From an uncultured beta proteobacterium (lineage in GTDB: Bacteria > Pseudomonadota > Gammaproteobacteria > Burkholderiales > Burkholderiaceae_C), in the NCBI GenBank assembly GCA_903853895.1, contig CAINUX010000022.1, positions 10,896 through 74,895 on the forward strand: a stretch of DNA of 64,000 nt, in the 5' to 3' direction. Made by a program: the position numbers and the translations under genes. Below are positions 1 to 9,822 of the stretch, one piece after another. Within the stretch, counting starts at the first letter, position 1, and the number at the start of each line of letters is the position of its first letter. The notes beneath the pieces were generated by a model that saw nothing but the letters and a program-made list of their open reading frames with translations, was not told the DNA's origin and made no database searches.

Positions 1-1
1 A

Positions 2-1201
2 AACCTGGAACAGCGCGTTAAAGAGCGCACCCGCGATTTGGAGTATTCGCGCAATGTGGCACAAATTGCCATGCAAAGCCGGGGTGATTTTCTGGCCAAT
101 ATGAGCCATGAAATCCGAACGCCACTCAATGCCATAACCGGCATGGCCTACCTGATCCGCAAGGAGAGCCTGAGTCCACTGCAGTCCGAACGACTGGAAA
201 AACTGGAGGCCTCCAGCGCCCATTTGCTGTGCATCATCAACGACGTACTGGACATGTCGAAGATCGATGCCGGCATGATGCAGCTCGAAGCAGAACCTCT
301 GAGTGTTGAAGATACCGTGACCAGCGTGGTCACCATGACGGACGGTCGCGCGCAGGCAAAGAATATTGGCCTGTTTTGCGAGATCCAGGAATTGCCCCGA
401 AATCTGGTGGGCGACAGGACGCGACTGAAACAGGCACTTCTGAACTATGTCAGCAACGCCATCAAATTCACCGCAATGGGGAGCGTGATAGTGCGCGTCA
501 CTTTGCAAGAAGAGTCCGACACGGATGCGCTCCTGCTGTTTGAAGTGATTGACACCGGTATCGGCATTGACCCACCGGTTTTGGAGCGCCTATTTTCCCC
601 GTTTGAACAGGCCGATAACACAACCTCCCGAGAGTTTGGAGGGACCGGTCTGGGCCTGACCATCACCAGCAAACTGGCCCAACTCATGGGGGGCCAAGCG
701 GGCGGGCGCAGTGTACCGGGTCAAGGCAGCACTTTCTGGTTCACTACCCGCCTTGCCAAAGTCGCAAAGGCGCCGCAATTCGATACTGCGTCGTCCGATC
801 AGATTGCTGGAGACCGCCTACGCACGCTGCACCCCGGGCTGCGTGTACTGGTCGTCGACGATGAGCCTGTCAACCGCGAAATTGCTGCGATCCAGCTAGA
901 GGATGCAGGCTGTGTTGTAGAGACCGCTGAAGACGGCGTGATCGCAGTGGAGATGGCCAAACGAAACACTTACGACCTGTTCTTGATGGACCTGCAGATG
1001 CCTGGCATGAACGGCCTGGAGGCGACGCGCAAGATCCGTGAGATGCCGAACTTCAGCACCACACCCATCATCGCAATGACCGCCAACGCCTTTGTAGAAG
1101 ACCGGGACCGCTGTCTCGCCGCGGGCATGAATGCCCACCTCACCAAGCCCGTACTGCCAGTTGTCTTGTACACGGCGATCATGCAGTCACTGGCTACTTA
1201 A
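2..1201 (+). CDS. hybrid sensor histidine kinase/response regulator, 5' end cut by window edge
   Basis: The reading frame is open from nt 2, and the listed TTG at 38 is internal. It has the H-box [16 protein letters not shown] and the HATPase boxes NAIKFT, DTGIGI and GGTGLGL. A receiver domain follows (VLVVDDEPVNRE, FLMDLQMPGMNG, LTKP). Confidence 0.9.
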   Translation, partial: NLEQRVKERTRDLEYSRNVAQIAMQSRGDFLANMSHEIRTPLNAITGMAYLIRKESLSPLQSERLEKLEASSAHLLCIINDVLDMSKIDAGMMQLEAEPLSVEDTVTSVVTMTDGRAQAKNIGLFCEIQELPRNLVGDRTRLKQALLNYVSNAIKFTAMGSVIVRVTLQEESDTDALLLFEVIDTGIGIDPPVLERLFSPFEQADNTTSREFGGTGLGLTITSKLAQLMGGQAGGRSVPGQGSTFWFTTRLAKVAKAPQFDTASSDQIAGDRLRTLHPGLRVLVVDDEPVNREIAAIQLEDAGCVVETAEDGVIAVEMAKRNTYDLFLMDLQMPGMNGLEATRKIREMPNFSTTPIIAMTANAFVEDRDRCLAAGMNAHLTKPVLPVVLYTAIMQSLAT

Positions 1202-1345
1202 TGGGCGCAAATAAGACGTCCACTCCTACCAAGAATTTTTCATACCCATTCAGGGTAGTCTCTGGCTTGACCGCAGAACAAGTCGTGGTGCGCCTGATGA
1301 AGAGTTCTTGAGCCGGGGTTAGTGCTGTGCCCATTGCAGCACAGA

Positions 1346-1786
1346 TCAGTTCTTCACCTTGAACGCCGGCATGTGCTGCGCAAGGCGCGCGCCCATCTCG
1401 GCACCGAGGGCCTGCAGGCCGCTCAAGGGGCGCACCATGACCTCAAACTCCACAATCTTGCCGTCCTCGTCAAAGCGCACCAGGTCAATGCCTTTGAGCT
1501 GCTTGTCGCCCACGCGGGCGCTGAATTCCAGCACCACGTTCAAACCATCATCCGAAGCCAGTTGGCGGTGGTACGTGAAGTCTTGAAACACCTGAATGAC
1601 GGTGTTGAGCGCCAAAATCAGCGCCGCGGCCGGCTGGTAGGGGTGGATGGCCATGGGGGAGCGGAACACAGCATCCGGGTGCACGATGGACGCCAGCGCG
1701 GAGAGGTCTTGCCTGGCGACCATGTCATGCCAGACGGCGATCGAGGCCGCTACTGCGGGTTTGAGGTGGCCGGGGGCGTGTTGCAT
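1346..1786 (-). CDS. SnoaL-like / NTF2-fold family protein
   Basis: 146-aa ORF starting at ATG 1786 (MQHAPGHLKP) with GGAG 6 nt upstream. The size and alternating pattern are typical of NTF2-like proteins. It lies 40 nt downstream of the fadH stop on the same strand. The longer listed ORF start would overlap fadH. Confidence 0.6.
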   Translation of the reverse strand: MQHAPGHLKPAVAASIAVWHDMVARQDLSALASIVHPDAVFRSPMAIHPYQPAAALILALNTVIQVFQDFTYHRQLASDDGLNVVLEFSARVGDKQLKGIDLVRFDEDGKIVEFEVMVRPLSGLQALGAEMGARLAQHMPAFKVKN

Positions 1787-1826
1787 AAAAGTCTCCTGTT
1801 GTGGATATATGGCGGATGCGGGTGAA

Positions 1827-4482
<2,656 letters not shown>

Positions 4483-4494
4483 ACCAGTCCAATT

Positions 4495-4545
4495 TGCTAC
4501 TTATTTAATAGCTACTCAACTATATTCCACGAGGGCTAGTGGCAC
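4495..4545 (+). repeat. dispersed ~50-nt intergenic repeat, copy A
   Basis: Sequence is tgctacttatttaatagctactcaactatattccacgagggctagtggcac. It shares TGCTA (nt 1-5), AGC (nt 16-18) and YGRGGGCYR (nt 36-44) with copies B-E in ungapped alignment. It lies 13 nt after the padR stop. Confidence 0.7.
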
Positions 4546-4611
4546 ATTTATCTGTAACTCTTTGCAATACTACCCAATTTGGGTAAGATGGCAACACCCG
4601 GAGCCCTCTTT

Positions 4612-6330
4612 ATGCCATCTTCCACAGCGTCTTCCACGCCCCCAGCCGCGTCCAGCAGCATTCCCACCGACATCGACATCGCGCAGGCCGCGTCCATGCA
4701 ACGCGTCTCCACCCTGGCCCGCGAACGCCTGGGCATTGCGGACGAGCACCTCGAACCCTATGGGCACTACAAGGCCAAGCTCTCGCTGGACTTTGTGGAC
4801 AGCCTCACAGACCGACCCGACGGCAAGCTGATACTGGTTACCGCCATCAGCCCCACGCCAGCCGGCGAAGGGAAGACCACCACGGTGATCGGGCTTGGCG
4901 ACGCGCTGAACTGCATCGGCAAGAAGGCCGTCATGTGCCTGCGCGAGCCGTCTCTTGGCCCGGTGTTTGGCATGAAGGGCGGCGCGGCCGGTGGCGGCTA
5001 TGCGCAGGTGGTGCCCATGGAAGACATCAACCTGCATTTCACCGGTGACTTTTCCGCCATTGCGCTGGCCAACAACCTGCTGGCCGCGCTCCTGGACAAC
5101 CACATCCACCACGGCAACGCACTGGGCATTGACGTGCGCCGCATCACCTGGAAGCGGGTGATGAACATGAATGACCGCGCGCTGCGCGACATCGTCGTAT
5201 CACTGGGCGGTCCGCTCAACGGCTACCCGCGAGAGGACGGCTTTGACATCGTGGTCGCCTCTGAAGTGATGGCCATCTTCTGCCTGGCGCGGTCGGTGGA
5301 TGACCTGAAGGAGCGCCTGGGCAACATTGTGGTGGCCTACACGCGTGAGCAAAAGCCCGTGACCGCGCGCGACCTGCAAGCCCATGGCGCCATGACCGTG
5401 CTGCTGTACAAGGCCTTTGCCCCAAACCTGGTGCAAACGCTGGAGAACAACCCGGTCTTCATCCACGGCGGGCCATTTGCCAACATCGCCCACGGCTGCA
5501 ACTCCGTCATTGCGACGCGCTCCGCGCTGAAGCTGGCCGACTACGTGGTCACCGAAGCCGGCTTTGGCGCCGACCTGGGCGCCGAGAAGTTCGTCAACAT
5601 CAAGTGCCGCAAGAGTGGGCTGCAACCATCCGCCTGTGTGGTGGTGGCCACCTTGCGTGCCCTCAAGTACCAGGGCGGCGCCGAGCTAAAAACGATCACG
5701 GCGGAAGACCTGGGTGCGCTGGAGAAGGGGCTGGTCAATCTGGAGCGCCATGTCGACAACGTGCACCGCGTCTACGGCATGCCCTGCGTAGTGGCTATCA
5801 ACCACTTCAACACCGACACACCCGCCGAAATCACGTTGCTGATGGCGCGTATGGCAGAGCTGGGCGTGCGGGTCGTGCTGACCACGCACTGGGCCGACGG
5901 CGGCCAGGGCGCCACCGAATTGGCACATGCCGTGGTTGAACTGTGCGAACAAGAATCCGCACTCCAGTGGGTCTATAGCGATAGCGACACGCTGTGGGAC
6001 AAAGTCAACAAGATCGCCACCTCGGTCTACCGGGCAGCGACGGTCACCGCCAGCGCCAAGGTCCGCAAGCAAATTGAGCAACTGCAGTTGGAGGGCTACG
6101 GCCACTACCCGGTCTGCGTGGCCAAAACGCCCTACTCCTTCTCCACCAACGCGCAGTTGCTGGGCGCACCCGAGGGCCACACCCTGGACATCCGCGAAGT
6201 CCGTCTGGCTGCGGGGGCTGAATTTGTCGTCATGGTCTGCGGCGACATCATGACCATGCCGGGGCTGCCCAAGCAGCCTGCTGCGCACAAAATTGACCTG
6301 GTGGATGGACGGGTGGTGGGACTCTTCTGA
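4612..6330 (+). CDS. fhs: formate--tetrahydrofolate ligase
   Basis: It has the P-loop [11 protein letters not shown]. The N-terminal [11 protein letters not shown]...YGHYKAKL and the rest are FTHFS-like throughout. The start is uncertain among TTG 4579, ATG 4588 and ATG 4612. I chose 4612 because GGAG lies about 10 nt upstream and it gives the shortest N-terminal extension. Confidence 0.92.
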   Translation: MPSSTASSTPPAASSSIPTDIDIAQAASMQRVSTLARERLGIADEHLEPYGHYKAKLSLDFVDSLTDRPDGKLILVTAISPTPAGEGKTTTVIGLGDALNCIGKKAVMCLREPSLGPVFGMKGGAAGGGYAQVVPMEDINLHFTGDFSAIALANNLLAALLDNHIHHGNALGIDVRRITWKRVMNMNDRALRDIVVSLGGPLNGYPREDGFDIVVASEVMAIFCLARSVDDLKERLGNIVVAYTREQKPVTARDLQAHGAMTVLLYKAFAPNLVQTLENNPVFIHGGPFANIAHGCNSVIATRSALKLADYVVTEAGFGADLGAEKFVNIKCRKSGLQPSACVVVATLRALKYQGGAELKTITAEDLGALEKGLVNLERHVDNVHRVYGMPCVVAINHFNTDTPAEITLLMARMAELGVRVVLTTHWADGGQGATELAHAVVELCEQESALQWVYSDSDTLWDKVNKIATSVYRAATVTASAKVRKQIEQLQLEGYGHYPVCVAKTPYSFSTNAQLLGAPEGHTLDIREVRLAAGAEFVVMVCGDIMTMPGLPKQPAAHKIDLVDGRVVGLF

Positions 6331-6342
6331 AAGAATGACCGC

Positions 6343-7287
6343 ATGGACCAACTCCGCTGCCTTCGTGTTTTCGTCCAAGTCATCGCCGAAGGTAGCTTTG
6401 CCGGTGCGGCCAGAACACTGGACCTTGCTCCGGCAGTTGTCACCCGCGCAATCTCCGACCTCGAAGACCACTTAGGTGCCAGGCTCTTGAATCGGACGAC
6501 CCGCAAACTCGTCTTGACGGAAGTTGGCGAGGACTATCTTGAGCGCACCAAGCGGGTGCTGGCCGAGCTTGACGATGCCGATGCGCTTGCAAACGCTGTC
6601 AACAGCGCGCCCAGTGGGAACTTGCGCATCCTTTGCCCGCCTGCTTTTGCGACCCATCAGCTCGTCGGGCATCTGCCGAGTTTTCGCCAGCGGTTTCCCC
6701 AGATTCAACTGGAGATGTCGGCCTCAGGCCCGGTTGGCGCCGCGGACGACAACTTCGATGTTTCCATCGTCTCCATAGGGCAGCAGCCACTTCTGGGAGA
6801 ATTTGTGGTGCGGCAACTGGCGTTGTCGACCCTGGTGATTTGCGCAGCACCGTCCTATCTGGCGCAGCGTGGGCAACCCCAACAACCGCAGGATTTGCTC
6901 CCGCATGACGGGTTGCTTCCAGACGTGGCCGCTGTGCGCCGTGAATTGACGCTGTTTCGCCAAGACGTTGGCGCGGACCACACTGCGGGGCCCGTGCGCT
7001 TGGTGCTGCAGCGCCCACCCGTCATTTCCACTCCCCAACTCGAAGTGCTTTACGCTGCGGCCCTGGCAGGTATGGGGATTGCCGGTCTGCCAACCTTTAT
7101 GGTGGCAGATGCTTTGCGAGAAGGTCGACTGAACCGTGTCCTTCCCCAGTGGCATGCCGGTGCATTGCAGCTCTATGCAGCCATGCCCACCCGCAAACAT
7201 GTGCCCCTGCGTACACGGGTCTTTGTGGACTTTCTGGTTGAAGTGTTTGGCGGGGGCCAAAAAGACCCCTGGCTTGCGTCCAACTAG
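6343..7287 (+). CDS. LysR family transcriptional regulator
   Basis: N-terminal HTH FAGAARTLDLAPAVVTRAISDLEDHLGARLLNRTTR followed by a LysR substrate-binding domain. 314 aa. Confidence 0.9.
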   Translation: MDQLRCLRVFVQVIAEGSFAGAARTLDLAPAVVTRAISDLEDHLGARLLNRTTRKLVLTEVGEDYLERTKRVLAELDDADALANAVNSAPSGNLRILCPPAFATHQLVGHLPSFRQRFPQIQLEMSASGPVGAADDNFDVSIVSIGQQPLLGEFVVRQLALSTLVICAAPSYLAQRGQPQQPQDLLPHDGLLPDVAAVRRELTLFRQDVGADHTAGPVRLVLQRPPVISTPQLEVLYAAALAGMGIAGLPTFMVADALREGRLNRVLPQWHAGALQLYAAMPTRKHVPLRTRVFVDFLVEVFGGGQKDPWLASN

Positions 7288-7297
7288 AACGCGCCCC

Positions 7298-8359
7298 TCA
7301 CTGTGCCAGTGTCAAAGGGACGACACGCTGGCGCAGAATCCGGTACTGCGCATCCACCAGTGCCGTGTTGGGGTCATGCCCGGCCCGCGCGACCAATACA
7401 AATTCCTTTTGCGGTGCGGTGATGCCGTCAAAGAAGCGCCGCGCCACATCGGGTGTTGCCACCAAATCCTCCGAGCCGTGAACCAAGAAGACCGGTACTT
7501 CAAAGGCGCTGCCCAGTGAAGGCAAGTCCACCTTCGAGAACATGCCGTCGCCCCGTAGCCCCACAAATTGCAAGTAGGAATAGTCCTCGCCCTCTTCGTA
7601 TTCTGCAAGCCTCTGGGGCGTCGCGTAGTGTGGTGCGCGCACCCACCACGACTGGGGGGCCGGGGTAGACGCTATTGCCTCATAAGGCCTGGTGGCACGG
7701 CGCAGGGCACCAAAGTGACGCGGATTCGCCCAGGGCGGCGGACCCATGCCCTCCATTGCTGCAAGGGTGGGTTGATCCCCCTTGGTGCGGGCAATCTCCA
7801 CCACTTTTGCGTAGCTTGCTGTCAGATTCTCGCGGTAGCTCACCACCTGAGAGACGCCCACATAGGCATAGAACAAGTCGGGCTGCAACTTGACCATCTG
7901 GACGCCCAGAATGGAACCCCATGACCCACGGGTGAGGATGATCTTCTTCTTGCCAAGACGTTGGGTCAGGTATTGGGCAAGCGCGATCCCGTCCTGCGCC
8001 ATACGCTCCAGTGTGAGCGCAGCATCAGCCGGTGGCGCACTGTGCCCAAACGTAAGCCCCGCGCCGGGCTGGTCCCATTGCACCAGCGTGAAGTCACGCG
8101 ACCAGGAGCCGTAGATTGCGTCTGCGTACGGGGTCAGCGTGTTACCAGGGCCTCCATGCAGAAACAGAATCACGGGTTTGTCGCAGTTCTCTCCGTGGAT
8201 CGTGACCCACTGCGCACTGCCACCCAACGGGATGAATTTCTCCTCATGCACCGGTTGTGAAAGTGGTCCACATGCAATGGGTGCAACCGCCTGGCTGTTT
8301 GCGGCAAAGGCCAGCGCTGCGGTTATCAGTGCAAATCCGTATTGGTAGAGTGTGCGCAT
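7298..8359 (-). CDS. secreted alpha/beta hydrolase, proline-iminopeptidase-like (S33)
   Basis: 353 aa from ATG 8359 with a GGAG RBS. The signal peptide is MRTLYQYGFALITAALAFAANSQA. It has the HGGPG oxyanion motif and an RGSWGS nucleophile elbow, a variant of GGSWGS. Confidence 0.8.
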   Translation of the reverse strand: MRTLYQYGFALITAALAFAANSQAVAPIACGPLSQPVHEEKFIPLGGSAQWVTIHGENCDKPVILFLHGGPGNTLTPYADAIYGSWSRDFTLVQWDQPGAGLTFGHSAPPADAALTLERMAQDGIALAQYLTQRLGKKKIILTRGSWGSILGVQMVKLQPDLFYAYVGVSQVVSYRENLTASYAKVVEIARTKGDQPTLAAMEGMGPPPWANPRHFGALRRATRPYEAIASTPAPQSWWVRAPHYATPQRLAEYEEGEDYSYLQFVGLRGDGMFSKVDLPSLGSAFEVPVFLVHGSEDLVATPDVARRFFDGITAPQKEFVLVARAGHDPNTALVDAQYRILRQRVVPLTLAQ

Positions 8360-8383
8360 GGTGTCTCCGTTAGTGCCCTGCAT

Positions 8384-9184
8384 TCATCGGTAAGAGGATG
8401 ACACCGACGTGTACTCCACGCGGGCGTCCAGATCTTTGAGCTTGCCCGAGACATTCTCCATCGGAGGCACACGTCCCTCATAGCGAACCGCCGTCCGGGT
8501 ATTGGCATCGAACACCACCCGCATCGGCGCGATTGCCATTCGAATCAGAAAACTGCTGGGCGTGATGGAAAACGTTGCCTGACCATGGGTGAGCTTTTCA
8601 AACTTCAGGTTGAAACCATAGGTGGTCTTCTCCTGAACCACGACCATACGCACCGGCATCGTTGCGCCAGCCTGTAGTGGGTCCCAGTTCTTCAAAATAT
8701 AGCCGAACAGGGAGGGCCCACAGACGACCGGGTCGGAAACCTCTTCGGAGGCTATGCTCAATTTTCCGTTGTCGTTGAGCTCGTATTCCAGGAGGCGTCC
8801 GCCATGGCTGACCTGCACGGCCCCGCTAAAACCCGATTGCTGGTTCGAGACCTCAAAGCGCTGGACTTCGTAAGCCGGCGAAACGACCGATGACTCAACG
8901 ATGACGACGCTTCCTGTCGGATCGCTGGTGATGTGGCTGGCGGCAAGCCCTCCGGGCGCAGACTGTACTCGCCTTTCGTAACGATACAGGGGCGCGCCGG
9001 CGGGCGTGCGCTGGGTGAACGTGTCGCCCCGGTACACCAGTGCACCCGCAGACTCTGGCGACAGACGCAGTGCGTCGAGTTGGGCCAAGGCCGGCTGGAC
9101 TGTCTGCGCGGAGGCTGAGGCTGCGGCCAGCAGCCATGCGGTCACACTGAGTGTGCGTGTGGGGTTGAGGTTGAAAAAAGTCAT
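8384..9184 (-). CDS. hypothetical secreted protein
   Basis: 266 aa from ATG 9184 with signal peptide MTFFNLNPTRTLSVTAWLLAAASASAQT. The sequence is beta-rich. The stop is 24 nt upstream of the hydrolase start, so the two are likely co-transcribed. I recognised no family. Confidence 0.6.
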   Translation of the reverse strand: MTFFNLNPTRTLSVTAWLLAAASASAQTVQPALAQLDALRLSPESAGALVYRGDTFTQRTPAGAPLYRYERRVQSAPGGLAASHITSDPTGSVVIVESSVVSPAYEVQRFEVSNQQSGFSGAVQVSHGGRLLEYELNDNGKLSIASEEVSDPVVCGPSLFGYILKNWDPLQAGATMPVRMVVVQEKTTYGFNLKFEKLTHGQATFSITPSSFLIRMAIAPMRVVFDANTRTAVRYEGRVPPMENVSGKLKDLDARVEYTSVSSSYR

Positions 9185-9338
9185 GCACGGGCTCCAGATT
9201 GGGTAGGCGGCGGGAATCAATGGAGTGACTGTAGGCGGGCGGGTACACGAGAAACAGGGGCCACCCGCGAAGGGACCCTTGCTGAAAATGGAATGATGAC
9301 TTGTCATCGCAGAGCATGCATGGCTCGTTAAGCAAACC

Positions 9339-9740
9339 ATGAACGCACAAATTCTCTCGAATCCGATCCAATCCACCACGACTGAGGGCCGCAACCTCTA
9401 TCAAAGGATTCAGATTGCCGGTCTCGTAGCACCCTTTGTGGATGCCCTGAACCGAACGGGCAACCTCGATGCCATCTGGGCGATCGCCTTTCCATTTGAG
9501 GAAACGGTCCATCCCACGCGCCCGACCCTGAAACTCAGTTTGGTGATCAAGCGGGCAGAGCGTGAAGCAGGAATCGAACACATGCGTGTTGATTCATTGG
9601 AATCGGCGCGATCCGTACTGGTGAAAGCGTGCCGATACAGCGACTGGACCGAGCGCGCCTACACCCCGCTGCTGGAATTACTGGACATCGCCATTGCCGA
9701 CAAGCGATCAAAACGCAGCCAGCCACCCGCCATGTCGTAA
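9339..9740 (+). CDS. hypothetical protein
   Basis: 133-aa ORF with host-like third-position GC bias. It lies 82 nt upstream of the cheBR-PAS gene. I recognised no motif. Confidence 0.45.
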   Translation: MNAQILSNPIQSTTTEGRNLYQRIQIAGLVAPFVDALNRTGNLDAIWAIAFPFEETVHPTRPTLKLSLVIKRAEREAGIEHMRVDSLESARSVLVKACRYSDWTERAYTPLLELLDIAIADKRSKRSQPPAMS

Positions 9741-9822
9741 ATTCAGGGGCACAAGGCGTAAACTTGCCGCACGCACCCGTAGTCCAGCAGCGACTTTCGG
9801 GGCGTAACAGTAGGTTACCGCC

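Noticed and set aside
1321-1343. Hairpin GTGCTG-N9-CAGCAC between the convergent kinase and NTF2-like genes as a bidirectional terminator
   Set aside because: The stem has only 6 bp, there is no flanking T or A run, and it overlaps the end of the minus-strand gene region. This is too weak to call.
4579-4611. Longer N-terminal extension of fhs from TTG 4579 or ATG 4588
   Set aside because: The conserved FTHFS N-terminus begins near [10 protein letters not shown]. The shortest ATG (4612) with an upstream GGAG already leaves an 18-aa extension. The longer starts remain possible but are not favoured.
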